From positions 73,521 to 137,520 of the forward strand of contig DASZRJ010000015.1 of NCBI GenBank assembly GCA_035550015.1: a DNA stretch of 64,000 bases. The letters are read 5' to 3'. The notes under the pieces were generated by a model, which saw nothing but the letters and a program-made list of their open reading frames with translations, ran no database searches and was not told the DNA's origin. Position numbers and translations under genes: made by a program. Source of the stretch: Terracidiphilus sp. (lineage in GTDB: Bacteria > Acidobacteriota > Terriglobia > Terriglobales > Acidobacteriaceae). Shown in pieces: positions 38,664 to 48,710 of the stretch (positions are counted from its first letter, which is position 1; every line of letters starts with the position of its first letter).

Positions 38664-38687
38664 CAATCGACGCTTGCGCACGCAGCT

Positions 38688-39146
38688 TCACGTTGCATGT
38701 ATTTCTTCCATTGTCTTCAACAGATCCTTGGAGAATGTCTGAATCTCCAGGTCAATTCCCACCACTTCGCTGGCATGCTCGTCCGTCTGGAAGATTGTGC
38801 AATGACACAGTTCGGTAAATCGAATATGGCTGCTTTGGCTCAATTCAAGGCCCGCTGCCACAACCGTGCTGTAAATGTCGATACACGCCTGCCGCTCAAA
38901 TTCAAAGAGCATATTCACGATGCCGCTGTCATTTGCGCTGCGGCTTAAGATCCAGCCGCCGCAGTCCAGAATCGCATTGGAAAGGGTATCCAGCAGATCG
39001 ACTGGATCCCCCATCGAAATTGCGCGCATCTGGATTGACCAACCTTCCGGCGAGGCCACTTGTCTGGAAACCATTGGAGCTGCATGGCTCATGCCTCCTT
39101 CATCGGCAAGCTCTTTGGCTTCTTCACTTTTCTCTGGCGCTTGCAC
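38688..39146 (-). CDS. Hypothetical protein, possible ACT-like fold (start uncertain, 39146/39092/39074)
   Basis: Alternating beta/alpha pattern (QMRAISMGD...CGGWILSR...MLFEF); fills the gap between recG and acpS. Confidence 0.55.
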   Translation of the reverse strand: MQAPEKSEEAKELADEGGMSHAAPMVSRQVASPEGWSIQMRAISMGDPVDLLDTLSNAILDCGGWILSRSANDSGIVNMLFEFERQACIDIYSTVVAAGLELSQSSHIRFTELCHCTIFQTDEHASEVVGIDLEIQTFSKDLLKTMEEIHAT

Positions 39147-39210
39147 GGCGGCTTCGCGGTCTAAATCCCGCCGGCGCCCCGGATTCTGATGTTGTAGTTT
39201 GTTGGAAGAG

Positions 39211-39597
39211 ATGATTGTCGGCAGCGGTATTGATCTGGTTGAAATTCATCGCATCCGCGAGTCGTGGGAGCGCTACGGTCAGCGTTTCCTTGACCGCATC
39301 TACACGCCCGCCGAACAGGCCTACTGTCTGCGCAAACGCAATGCCGCCGAAAGTCTTGCCGCCCGCTTCGCCGCTAAAGAGGCTGGCGCCAAGGCCCTCG
39401 GCACAGGCATCAGCCGCGGCGTCTCGTGGCTTGAAATTGAAATTACGCGCGAGCCTGGAAGTCGGCCAGCCATTGTCTTTCACGGCCGCGCCGCGGAACG
39501 GGCAGCCCGCCTCGGTGCCACCCATGCCGCACTTTCCATCACCCACACAGACAAACTCGCCATGGCCAATGTTCTGCTCGAGGACAATCACCGGTAA
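39211..39597 (+). CDS. acpS: Holo-[acyl-carrier-protein] synthase
   Basis: GIDLVE, LAARFAAKEA, LSITH. Confidence 0.96.
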   Translation: MIVGSGIDLVEIHRIRESWERYGQRFLDRIYTPAEQAYCLRKRNAAESLAARFAAKEAGAKALGTGISRGVSWLEIEITREPGSRPAIVFHGRAAERAARLGATHAALSITHTDKLAMANVLLEDNHR

Positions 39598-39758
39598 TTT
39601 ATTGCACCCAATCCGACTCCGCATGAGTCTTAACTGTAGTGTCTTGTGCATCTTCTGGACTGGGGCCGCGTGAAAACGGTCTGCTCCACAAACCCTCATC
39701 TGCTATCCTCTAGGCGTTGTACCCGTTTGCCGCGGGCCAGCCCAGCCAGGGAGAGACC

Positions 39759-40835
39759 ATGCCATCGCAGAAAGAAATTCAATGGTCCCAATTGCGGGTT
39801 GGTGCACTCGTTCTCGCGGGAATCGGCGTCCTCATCGCGGCTATCTTTCTCATGTCCGGCTCCACAGGCGGCCCATTCTCCAAAAAACTGATTCTGCGCT
39901 CTTACTTCGCCAATGCCTCCGGCCTTAAGAACGGTGCTCCGGTCACGCTGGAAGGCGTTACTGTCGGCAATGTCATCAATATCCGTGTCGTTCCAGATCG
40001 CAACCCAAAGCCGGTTGAAGTCACTATGCGCGTCGGTATGGAATACCTCTATGACATCCACATCGATTCCACCACTTCTATCGCGCAAGCCGGCGTACTG
40101 GGCGACAGTTATGTGGATATCTCGTCAGTGAACGCCACTGGACCGGCTCCCAAGGAAAATGCGGAATTGCACACGACCGGCTCCCCCAGCATTCAGGATG
40201 TGATTCGTACCAGCGAGACCGGAATTCAGGACGTCAGTACCCTTATGCGCAAAGTCGGCGTATTGATCGATACGCTCAACTCAAGCAGGGGCACAATCGG
40301 CGCATTGATCAACGACAAAGCCTTCTACAGCAAGGTCTCGCGTATTACGGAGAACCTTGAGGAAATTACTGCAGCCATCAATCAGGGCAAAGGCTCGCTC
40401 GGCAAGCTCGTCAATGATGACTCGCTCTACAACCATGCCAACTCTGCCATCGCCCACATCGACAATGTCGCGGATGCCATGGACAGCGGCAATGGCTCCA
40501 TCGGCAAACTGATCAAAGACGACACGTTCTACAAGAACCTGAATGAATCTGTCGCCAACATCAACCAGTTGACCGCCAGCATCAATGAAGGCAAGGGTGC
40601 CATGGGCAAGCTCGCCAAGGATCCCGCCTTCGCTAAAAAGCTCGACGACACCGTCACGCGCCTCGACAACATTCTGCGCAGCATTGACGAGGGTCAGGGC
40701 ACCATCGGCCAGTTGATGAAGAATCGCTCGCTCTATGACCACACCGATGAAACCATGAGCCAGTCGTCGCAGCTCATCAAGGCCATCCGCGAGAATCCCA
40801 AGAAGTATTTCGTCATCCGGCTCAAGCTGTTCTAG
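39759..40835 (+). CDS. MlaD/MCE family protein with repeated helical tail
   Basis: N-terminal TM, FANASGLKNGAPVTLEGVTVGNV, AGVLGDSYVDI, ENPKKY; RBS GGGAG before ATG 39759. Confidence 0.9.
   Translation: MPSQKEIQWSQLRVGALVLAGIGVLIAAIFLMSGSTGGPFSKKLILRSYFANASGLKNGAPVTLEGVTVGNVINIRVVPDRNPKPVEVTMRVGMEYLYDIHIDSTTSIAQAGVLGDSYVDISSVNATGPAPKENAELHTTGSPSIQDVIRTSETGIQDVSTLMRKVGVLIDTLNSSRGTIGALINDKAFYSKVSRITENLEEITAAINQGKGSLGKLVNDDSLYNHANSAIAHIDNVADAMDSGNGSIGKLIKDDTFYKNLNESVANINQLTASINEGKGAMGKLAKDPAFAKKLDDTVTRLDNILRSIDEGQGTIGQLMKNRSLYDHTDETMSQSSQLIKAIRENPKKYFVIRLKLF
40287..40796 (+). repeat. Five tandem 34-aa repeats (GxG-S/T-l-GkL-x-x-D-xx-F/L-Y) in the MlaD tail
   Basis: RGTIGALINDKAFY / KGSLGKLVNDDSLY / NGSIGKLIKDDTFY / KGAMGKLAKDPAFA / QGTIGQLMKNRSLY, counted at a 34-residue period. 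Confidence 0.9.
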
Positions 40836-40908
40836 GCCCGTCCCCGCTCAACTCGGAGCTCTCCTTCAGTCCCTCGCGTATATCCTCTTAAGCAATGAGG
40901 AGGTACTT

Positions 40909-41538
40909 GTGCCCCGCAAGACCCTTTTTGCCCTGGCAACCTGCGCCGTTCTTTTCGCAGTCTTCCTGCTCACGCAACGTTCGCAGCACGCATTCGCCGC
41001 AAATTCAGATATACCTGCCTACGCCGCCAACGGAGACATGCTCCCCATCCCTCACTACCGCGAATGGATCTACCTCACCTCCGGCATCAACATGAGCTAC
41101 TCGCCCAAGGCTGAACAAACACCGGACCACGCCATGTTCGACAATGTCTTCGTTAACCCTGCCTCGTATAAGAGCTTCCTCGCCACCGGCACATGGCCCG
41201 ATAAGACAATCCTTGTCCTTGAGATTCGCGGTGCTCGGAGCAAGGGCTCCATCAACCACCGCGGTCACTTTCAAAGCACAGAGTTGATGGGGATGGAAGT
41301 TCACGTGAAAGACGAGAAGCGCTTCCCTGGCGGCTGGGCCTTCTTTGACTTCGATTCACCGGACAAGGATGGCACTCTTATTCCCGCCGGCGCTCCTTGC
41401 TACACTTGCCATCGAGGCCACGGCGCCGTCGACACCACATTTGTGCAGTTCTACCCCACACTGCTTCCCATCGCGAAACAGAAGGGCACACTCAGCAAAG
41501 AATTTCTGAAGGAAGAACGCGAGACAGCTGCTGAATAG
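40909..41538 (+). CDS. Cytochrome P460/c'-beta family protein
   Basis: Signal peptide, YREW, VFVNP...TGTWPDKT, KDEKRFPGGWAFF, C-terminal CYTCH, FVQFYP; RBS GAGGAGG. Confidence 0.88.
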   Translation: MPRKTLFALATCAVLFAVFLLTQRSQHAFAANSDIPAYAANGDMLPIPHYREWIYLTSGINMSYSPKAEQTPDHAMFDNVFVNPASYKSFLATGTWPDKTILVLEIRGARSKGSINHRGHFQSTELMGMEVHVKDEKRFPGGWAFFDFDSPDKDGTLIPAGAPCYTCHRGHGAVDTTFVQFYPTLLPIAKQKGTLSKEFLKEERETAAE

Positions 41539-42474
41539 CTATTGACTCTGGGCCTGAACTGCCGGCTTTTCGCCGCGATATGTACGCCAGAACTCGACCA
41601 TCGCCTTCAGCCGCACTACATGAAAGTAGTCGCTTGCCACAAAGAAAAAAACAATCGCTGCCATCGTCACCACATGCAGCGCTTCAGGACCAAGCTGATC
41701 GCTGAAGGGCAAAGGCGCGGCGGAGAACACCATCGTCAGCACAATCAGTGCCAGCTTCACAATGCCCATCACCAGGCCGATTTCCAGCAATTGATTCGTG
41801 AACTTCTTGCCTAGCCGGAAACTCGCACCCAACGCGCTCAGCGCTCCACGGTCTTCCTTAAGCACAAGAATGGGAGCCACGGCCGGAGGCCAGCTGATGA
41901 CCGCCCACAAGGAAAAGATCCCCAGTGAAAAGAAAATCAGCCATTGCGCGTAGCCAACCAGCTCCGCCTCAACCGGCTGCTGAATATGCGCCCATGCTAC
42001 CCACTGCATCACGCGAAACCAGAACCACAGCGTCGCCGTCAGCAATGCCACCCAAACAGTCTGTACCGCAATGAATGGAATCGGCCTGAACTTTGAGCCT
42101 GGCTCCAGCACCTTCAACACCAATGCTCGCCCTACGCCCGAAAATACAATCCACGCCACCACGCCCAGTGGGAGCAGCCAATGAAAGGCCGCGTAGACGA
42201 TCGGTTCGTACTTGTCTACGATCACATCGATCTGGCGTACAGCTACCCACGGATTCTGCCCATCCACCTCATTCCAGCCTGAAAGCTCCAGCGGTAGAAC
42301 GGAGAACACGTGGTTCATCTGTCTTTGAGCAAGCAGAAGAAACGGAATGCCGACGGCCCAACGCCAGGCAATTTCCATCACAGAAAGCCATGGGCGTTTC
42401 CACACCCACCCCATCTGGTCGACCATCGTCTGCGTGCCGCGCACGGGCGGCGTCGTGGCAGCCCCTGTATTCAC
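41539..42474 (-). CDS. Hypothetical polytopic membrane protein
   Basis: 6-7 hydrophobic segments; GTG start 1 nt after the leuS stop. Confidence 0.7.
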   Translation of the reverse strand: MNTGAATTPPVRGTQTMVDQMGWVWKRPWLSVMEIAWRWAVGIPFLLLAQRQMNHVFSVLPLELSGWNEVDGQNPWVAVRQIDVIVDKYEPIVYAAFHWLLPLGVVAWIVFSGVGRALVLKVLEPGSKFRPIPFIAVQTVWVALLTATLWFWFRVMQWVAWAHIQQPVEAELVGYAQWLIFFSLGIFSLWAVISWPPAVAPILVLKEDRGALSALGASFRLGKKFTNQLLEIGLVMGIVKLALIVLTMVFSAAPLPFSDQLGPEALHVVTMAAIVFFFVASDYFHVVRLKAMVEFWRTYRGEKPAVQAQSQ

Positions 42475-42475
42475 C

Positions 42476-44974
42476 TCACCTCACAACCAGATTGACTAGC
42501 TTTCCGGGAACGACAATTACTTTTGCAACGGTCTTGCCGTCAATCCTCATCTGCACCTTGCCGTCAGCCAATGCCGCTTTCCGCAAAGTATCCTGGTCGG
42601 CCCCGGCCTCCACACGCACAACCGTAACCAGCTTGCCATTTACCTGCACCGGCACTTCGATCTCATCTTCCTTCGCCAGTTCGGGATCGCTCTTGGGCCA
42701 CGGAGCGCGCAGAACAGCACCTTCCTCGCCAAGCTCTTCCCACAGCTCCGCCGCCACAAACGGCGCAAACGGCGCCATCAGCAGCACCAGCGTGCGCAGT
42801 AGTTCATGCATTGCTGCCGCGGGAACCTCACCCGCTGACAACTCCGCATCCGCCGCCTGCAGATCGTTCACCAGCATCATGATGGCCGCCACACACGTGT
42901 TGAAGTGCCAGCGCCCCTCAAAATCCTGCGTAATTTTCGCCGTCGTCTGATGCATCTTGCGCAGCAGCTTCAGCGTCACGCCTTGCGGAGTTTCAATCGT
43001 CTGCCCACGTCCTGCACGTGCCGCTTCCGCATGTTTCGCCACAAGCCGCCACACACGTCCCAGGAACCGGCTCACACCGGCAACGCCGTCTTCCTGCCAG
43101 TCCAGATCACGGTCCGGCGGTGCCGCAAACAACGCATACATGCGCGTCGCATCCGCTCCATAGCGCGCAACCATATCGTCGGGAGAAACCACATTCCCCT
43201 TCGACTTGGACATCTTCGCGCCGTCTTTGATCACCATGCCCTGTGTGAACAACCGCTCGGCGGGCTCGTTGTTCTTCGTCAGCCCAAGGTCGCGCATCAC
43301 CCGCGTCCAGAAGCGCGAGTAAATCAAATGCAGAATCGCGTGCTCTACGCCGCCAATGTACTGGTCGATAGGAAACCAGTAGTCCGCGCGCTCAGGTGCA
43401 AATGGCGCGTTCGCATTTTTTGCGTCGATGTAGCGGTAGAAATACCAGCTCGAGTCGACAAAGGTATCCATCGTGTCGGTCTCACGCTTCGCCGCACCGC
43501 CGCACTTCGGGCAGGTCACGTTCACAAACTCGGGCACGCGCCCCAGCGGCGAACCACCCTGCTGCGTAATCTCAATCTGCTCGGGCAACAGCACCGGCAA
43601 CTGCTCGTCTGGCACCGGCACCATGCCATCCTTCTCGCAGTGAATCATCGGAATCGGTGTGCCCCAGTAGCGCTGGCGGCTCACACCCCAGTCCTTCAAG
43701 CGGAACGTCACCTTCGCTTCACCGAAGGCGCCACTTGCCGCGATCACCTGCAGCTTCTTCTGCGCCGCTTCGCATGTGAGTCCGTCATACTCGCCTGAAT
43801 TGATCAGTACGCCCTCTTCGCTCACAAACGGCAGCTCAGGCTCTTCGCTGCCGGCCGCTGAAGCAATCACCCGTCGAATCTCAATCCCGTACTTGGTCGC
43901 GAACTCAAAGTCGCGCTCATCGTGCGCAGGCACGCTCATAATCGCGCCTGTCCCGTAGTCGGCCAAAATGTAGTTCGCAACCCAGATCGGCACCTTCTCG
44001 CCGTTATATGGGTTAATCGCAAACTTACCCGTCGGCACACCATGCTTCTCAATCGCGCCAATGTCGCCCGTCTCGCGTGCCTTCTTCTGCTCGGCGATCA
44101 TCTCGTCGACCTTCGCCTGCAACTCTGCATTGTCGGCAGCCAGGGTACATACCAGCGCATGCTCCGGCGCAAGCTGCACGCTCGTCGCACCAAAGATCGT
44201 GTCTACACGCGTAGTAAATACGCGAATCTTCTCGCCGGTCCCCTCTAAAGAGAAATCGACCTCTGTTCCCTCGCTTCGGCCGATCCAGTTGCGCTGCATG
44301 GTACGCACTTTTTCCGGCCACCCGTCCAGCTTGTCCAGGCCCTCCAGCAGTTCGTCTGCATACTCGGTAATGCGGAAGAACCACTGCACCAGATCGCGCT
44401 GCTCCACAATTGTGTCTTCGTGCCGCCAGCAGCGCCCGTCAATCACCTGCTCGTTGGCCAGCACCGTAGCGCACTCGGGGCACCAATTCACCTTGCTCTT
44501 TTTGCGATAGGCTAGACCCTTTTCATACATCCGCAAAAAGAACCACTGGTTCCAGCGGTAGTAGTCCGGCAGGCACGTGGTCACTTCCGTAGCCCAGTCA
44601 TAGCCCAGGCCCAGCCGCTGCATCTGCCGTTTCATCGCGGCAATATTGCTCAGCGTCCAGTCCCGTGGAGGCGTATTGTTCTTGAGCGCCGCATTTTCTG
44701 CCGGCAACCCGAACGCATCCCACCCCATCGGGTGCAGCACGTTATAGCCGCGCATCCACATATGCCGCGCCAGCGCGTCGCCAATCGAGTAGTTGCGCAC
44801 ATGGCCCATGTGCAGTTGCCCGCTCGGGTAGGGCAGCATTTCCAGCACGTAATATTTCGGTTTGCCGCTCGCAGCCGGCTCGGCCGCATACAGAGCGGGG
44901 TTGGCAGCCCAGCGCTGCTGCCATTTCGTCTCAATTTCCGCCGGGTCGTATTTAAATTCTTTCTCGTCCGCCAT
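42476..44974 (-). CDS. leuS: Leucine--tRNA ligase
   Basis: MLPYPSG, HMGH, CP1 editing domain (GTGAIMSVPAHDERD), GGVEHA, KMSKS; start re-called to ATG 44974. Confidence 0.98.
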   Translation of the reverse strand: MADEKEFKYDPAEIETKWQQRWAANPALYAAEPAASGKPKYYVLEMLPYPSGQLHMGHVRNYSIGDALARHMWMRGYNVLHPMGWDAFGLPAENAALKNNTPPRDWTLSNIAAMKRQMQRLGLGYDWATEVTTCLPDYYRWNQWFFLRMYEKGLAYRKKSKVNWCPECATVLANEQVIDGRCWRHEDTIVEQRDLVQWFFRITEYADELLEGLDKLDGWPEKVRTMQRNWIGRSEGTEVDFSLEGTGEKIRVFTTRVDTIFGATSVQLAPEHALVCTLAADNAELQAKVDEMIAEQKKARETGDIGAIEKHGVPTGKFAINPYNGEKVPIWVANYILADYGTGAIMSVPAHDERDFEFATKYGIEIRRVIASAAGSEEPELPFVSEEGVLINSGEYDGLTCEAAQKKLQVIAASGAFGEAKVTFRLKDWGVSRQRYWGTPIPMIHCEKDGMVPVPDEQLPVLLPEQIEITQQGGSPLGRVPEFVNVTCPKCGGAAKRETDTMDTFVDSSWYFYRYIDAKNANAPFAPERADYWFPIDQYIGGVEHAILHLIYSRFWTRVMRDLGLTKNNEPAERLFTQGMVIKDGAKMSKSKGNVVSPDDMVARYGADATRMYALFAAPPDRDLDWQEDGVAGVSRFLGRVWRLVAKHAEAARAGRGQTIETPQGVTLKLLRKMHQTTAKITQDFEGRWHFNTCVAAIMMLVNDLQAADAELSAGEVPAAAMHELLRTLVLLMAPFAPFVAAELWEELGEEGAVLRAPWPKSDPELAKEDEIEVPVQVNGKLVTVVRVEAGADQDTLRKAALADGKVQMRIDGKTVAKVIVVPGKLVNLVVR

Positions 44975-45051
44975 CAACTTCAAGTGTAACCGGTGGGGTG
45001 TTGCCGGGCGTCCCGCACAAAAAGCTGCGTCTGGCCCGGTTTTGCCCAGGA

Positions 45052-46314
45052 CTACTCCACCCACTCGCCTTTGCGCATCAGCGGCTCTGCCGTGCCGGTC
45101 GCTGTAATCCCATCAATGTCCAACTCGCCTGACCCGATCATCCAGTCCACATGAATCAGGCTGTCGTTCGCGCCCTTCGCCGCTAGCTCTTCCTTGCTCA
45201 TCTTGTCGCCGTCTTTCACGCACGAGCTGTATGCCTGCCCCAGCGCAATGTGGCTGGCCGCATTCTCGTCAAACAGCGTATTGAAAAACGTCAACCCGCT
45301 CTGGGAAATCGGCGACGAATGCGGCACAAGCGCCACTTCTCCCAGCCGCCGCGCCCCCTCGTCTGTATCGATCAGCTTCTCCAGCACTCCCTGTCCCTTC
45401 GACGCATGTACCTCCACAATGCGCCCCTTCTCAAACTTCACCTGGATGTTCTCAATCATCGATCCATACAGCGACAGAGGCTTGGTCGCCGTCACCACGC
45501 CATCCGCGCGGTCCTTATGCGGCGTCGAGAATACTTCCTCGGTCGGCATATTCGGAATACAGTAGTTCCCATTCCCCGCCGTCGTTCCGCCGCCCATCCA
45601 CACGTGGTCGTCCGCCAGGCCCAGCGTAAAATCCGTTCCCGGCCCCTTGTACTTCAGCGCCGAGTAGCGCTTCTCGTTCATGCGCGTCGCACGTGCAATC
45701 AATGTCTTGTCGTGTTCGCGCCACGCACTCGCCGGGTCGTTGCCCGCAATACGCGTCGTCTTGAAAATCGCCTCCCACTGCTTGGCCAGCGCTACTTCCG
45801 GCTCGTCGTCGGGAAACATCAGCGCAGCCCACGCCGGCGTCGCCGCCGCCACAATTGTCCAGTTAATCTCGTGCCGTGTAATGAGCTCCAGAGCCGGCCG
45901 GTAGGCCTTTGACTGCGCGCGATTCGCGCGCCCTACCTTGTCTGGGTCCTCATTCGCCAGCAACGCCGGATTGCCGCCCGTAATCGCCAGCCGTGCCGCA
46001 CCGCTTTTGTACGCCTCGCCCATCCCCTCGTAAAGCCACGCCGCCGCGCGGTCAAAGCTCTCGTCCGGCGCATACTTGTAACGCAGCTTCGTCTCCTGCT
46101 CGTCGTTATAAAGAACCGTCACCAGCGATGCGCCTGCCTTATACGCCTGTTCCACAATCCTGCGCGCAAGCGGCAGTGCATCCAGTGAGGCCGTCATCAC
46201 CAGTTCCTGCCCCTTGGCCAGCCCCAATCCCACGTTGATCGCCACTTCCGCCAGTTGATTCAACTTCCGTTCGTGTTCTGCCGTTGCAATCGTCATCTGT
46301 TCCGCAGTTGCCAT
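45052..46314 (-). CDS. Aminopeptidase, M29 (AmpT/AmpS/PepS type)
   Basis: NMPTEEVF, LGEVALV, DENAASHIALG, SLIHVDWMIG. Confidence 0.93.
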   Translation of the reverse strand: MATAEQMTIATAEHERKLNQLAEVAINVGLGLAKGQELVMTASLDALPLARRIVEQAYKAGASLVTVLYNDEQETKLRYKYAPDESFDRAAAWLYEGMGEAYKSGAARLAITGGNPALLANEDPDKVGRANRAQSKAYRPALELITRHEINWTIVAAATPAWAALMFPDDEPEVALAKQWEAIFKTTRIAGNDPASAWREHDKTLIARATRMNEKRYSALKYKGPGTDFTLGLADDHVWMGGGTTAGNGNYCIPNMPTEEVFSTPHKDRADGVVTATKPLSLYGSMIENIQVKFEKGRIVEVHASKGQGVLEKLIDTDEGARRLGEVALVPHSSPISQSGLTFFNTLFDENAASHIALGQAYSSCVKDGDKMSKEELAAKGANDSLIHVDWMIGSGELDIDGITATGTAEPLMRKGEWVE

Positions 46315-46356
46315 CGCTCTCTCCAGTCACTCTGTCAAAAAAGGTTTAGCCCGCTT

Positions 46357-47214
46357 TTACTTCTTCACCAGGCTCTTCATCACGCGCACATTGCGCTCCT
46401 CGTCGCCTTCCTCATCCACGGGCGTCTCGGCAATAAACGCGCAGTGCGCAAACTTCTTCTCGTTCAGCAGCCGCCGGAACGGCTCCACGCCCATCGTTCC
46501 CTGTCCAATGTGCTCATGCCTGTCCAGTTTCGATCCGCGCTCCGCCTTCGCATCGTTGCAATGCCACACGCGCACGGATTCAAACGTCACCGTCTCACCA
46601 ATCAGCTTCAGCGTTTCGTCGTAGCCTTCCTCGCTCACCAGGTCGTAACCGGCTACATGCGTATGGCACGTGTCCAGACACACCGCAACGGGAGCCGTCT
46701 TGCGCAGCCGCTCCACCAACTCAGCCACCTGCTCAAAACTGCCGCCCAGGCTAAACTCCGCACCCGCGGTGTTCTCAATCAGGATCGTGAATGGCGTTCC
46801 CTGCCACGTCAGCCCGTCAATTGCCGTCGTGATTGACTCCGCGGCCAGCCGCAATCCTTCCTCGCGCGTCAATCCCTTCCATGAGCCCGGATGCAGCACC
46901 AGATACTCCGCGCCCCATGCCAACGCGCGTTCAATCTCACCGCGAAACGCGCCTATGCTCTTCTGCCGCGTCTCTTCATTCTGGCTGCACACATTCACCA
47001 GATAACTGGTGTGAATCACCAACGGCCCCACATCCAGCGCTTTACGCTGCTCGCGCATCTTCTCGCCAGCCGCCGGGTCCACGCTCGGTGCCTTCCACAT
47101 CCTCGGGCTCGACGAGAAAAACTGAAATGTGTTCGCGCCAATCTCCCGCGCACGTTGCACCGTCTTCCACGCGCCGCCCGCCGTTCCCAAATGAATTCCG
47201 ATTCGTTTCGTCAT
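46357..47214 (-). CDS. nfo: Endonuclease IV
   Basis: IHTSY, VLHPG, ENTAG, DTCH, WHCND, DRHEHIG, ETP metal ligands. Confidence 0.94.
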   Translation of the reverse strand: MTKRIGIHLGTAGGAWKTVQRAREIGANTFQFFSSSPRMWKAPSVDPAAGEKMREQRKALDVGPLVIHTSYLVNVCSQNEETRQKSIGAFRGEIERALAWGAEYLVLHPGSWKGLTREEGLRLAAESITTAIDGLTWQGTPFTILIENTAGAEFSLGGSFEQVAELVERLRKTAPVAVCLDTCHTHVAGYDLVSEEGYDETLKLIGETVTFESVRVWHCNDAKAERGSKLDRHEHIGQGTMGVEPFRRLLNEKKFAHCAFIAETPVDEEGDEERNVRVMKSLVKK

Positions 47215-47247
47215 CTCTTCAAATCCTAACGCCTGCATTGCAACCAA

Positions 47248-47290
47248 ATGAAAAGCCCGCCGCGCATTCTGCGTCAGGCGGACTTTTCAT
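47248..47290. terminator. Hairpin between oxidoreductase and nfo (bidirectional-looking)
   Basis: ATGAAAAG(C)CCGCC...GGCGG(A)CTTTTCAT, with TTTT on both strands. Confidence 0.6.
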
Positions 47291-47309
47291 CGCGACACAA
47301 CCACATTCG

Positions 47310-48656
47310 CTAGCTCAGCAGCTTCATCGCATCCGGATCCCACTTCACCACCTGGCCGCGCTGCATACTCAGGTTGCTCAGCAGAGCCGCGCCCGCCGCG
47401 CGATAGCCAAACACCGCATCCTCCACTACCGGTTCACGCGAACGCACTGATGCGATGAAGTTCTTCAGGTGGTCGTAGCTGTCGCTATAGCCATCCGGCG
47501 CCACATATTTCTCCACGCGCGCAGGCGGCGCCCCCACAGGATGCTGCAACGGATACTTCTGCCGGTACTCATACTCGATCTGCCGCTGCATGGCCTCCGT
47601 AAACGTGTTCACTGTGAGCCCCGGCTCCTTCTCGCGTGGAACACGGCTCAGCGTCACTGAATTTCCGCCAATCTCCAGTGTTCCTTCCGAACCCGTAAAG
47701 ACCAGCCCTTCGCTTTCTTCGCCGCCGTCCACAAAGTTCACCCGCACATTCAGGTTGAAACCTTCCCTGTAGTCGAATAGACCCAGCACAACGTCGTCGG
47801 CATCGCGCCCGTCCTTCCAGTAGCGAATTCCTCCGGTCGCCATTCCGCGCACAGGCCCATGAGAACCCGTCACAAAATGCGTCCCGCTGAACAGGTGCAC
47901 AAACAAATCGCCGGCCACACCCGAGCCGTAGTCCTTCCACTTCCTCCACTGGAAGAACCGCTCCGCGCTCCACGCTCGCTTCGGCGCGGTTCCCAGAAAA
48001 CGTGTCCAGTCGCACGTCTGCTCATTCGCATCCAGCGGAATTGTGTAATCCCACGCGCCGATCGCCGAGTTGCGGTCCCAGTGTGCGGTCACCATATTCA
48101 GCTTGCCAATCGCGCCCTGCGCCAGCAGTTCCTTTGCCTTCGCATACAGGATCGAACTCACGCGCTGGCTGCCAATTTGGAGAATACGTCCGCTCTTTTT
48201 GGCCGTGTCGATCATCTCCGGCCCGTCAGAATACTCGTGGATCATGGGCTTCTCACAATACACATCCTTGCCCATCTCCATCGCGTCAATCGAAACCTGC
48301 TTGTGCCAGTGGTCGGGTGTACCCACAATCACTGCATCGATATCCGAGCGCGTCGTCACCTCGCGATAGTCGCGCGTCGTGAAGATGTCCTCCCCCCACA
48401 TCTCCTTGCAGTGGTCCAGCCGCCCCTGGTAACAATCGGCCACGGCCACCAGCTTCACGCCCGGCACCTCGAGCGCAATACGCGTGTCATATTGCCCTTG
48501 TCCGCCTGCGCCAATCAGCGCAATCTGTACATGATCGTTCGCGGAAACAGGCCGCGGCATGTTCTGTTGAGCGGTCAGCGCGTGAATCTTCGCTCCCGCA
48601 ATGGCATTGGCTGAGGCTGCCCCCGCAACCTTCAGAAAGCTCCTGCGATCCAGCAT
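47310..48656 (-). CDS. Tat-exported Gfo/Idh/MocA oxidoreductase
   Basis: DRRSFLK twin-arginine signal, IGAGGQG, TPDHWH, YCEKP, DLFVH. Confidence 0.9.
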   Translation of the reverse strand: MLDRRSFLKVAGAASANAIAGAKIHALTAQQNMPRPVSANDHVQIALIGAGGQGQYDTRIALEVPGVKLVAVADCYQGRLDHCKEMWGEDIFTTRDYREVTTRSDIDAVIVGTPDHWHKQVSIDAMEMGKDVYCEKPMIHEYSDGPEMIDTAKKSGRILQIGSQRVSSILYAKAKELLAQGAIGKLNMVTAHWDRNSAIGAWDYTIPLDANEQTCDWTRFLGTAPKRAWSAERFFQWRKWKDYGSGVAGDLFVHLFSGTHFVTGSHGPVRGMATGGIRYWKDGRDADDVVLGLFDYREGFNLNVRVNFVDGGEESEGLVFTGSEGTLEIGGNSVTLSRVPREKEPGLTVNTFTEAMQRQIEYEYRQKYPLQHPVGAPPARVEKYVAPDGYSDSYDHLKNFIASVRSREPVVEDAVFGYRAAGAALLSNLSMQRGQVVKWDPDAMKLLS

Positions 48657-48710
48657 TTGTCTATGTCCTTCCCCATAAGGAACTTTTCAAATCGCATACC
48701 ACCATACACG

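Noticed and set aside
37026-38681. 551-aa minus-strand ORF
   Set aside because: Antisense shadow of recG, typical of GC-rich codon bias. The same applies to 26344-27387, 49615-50697 and 59060-60052.
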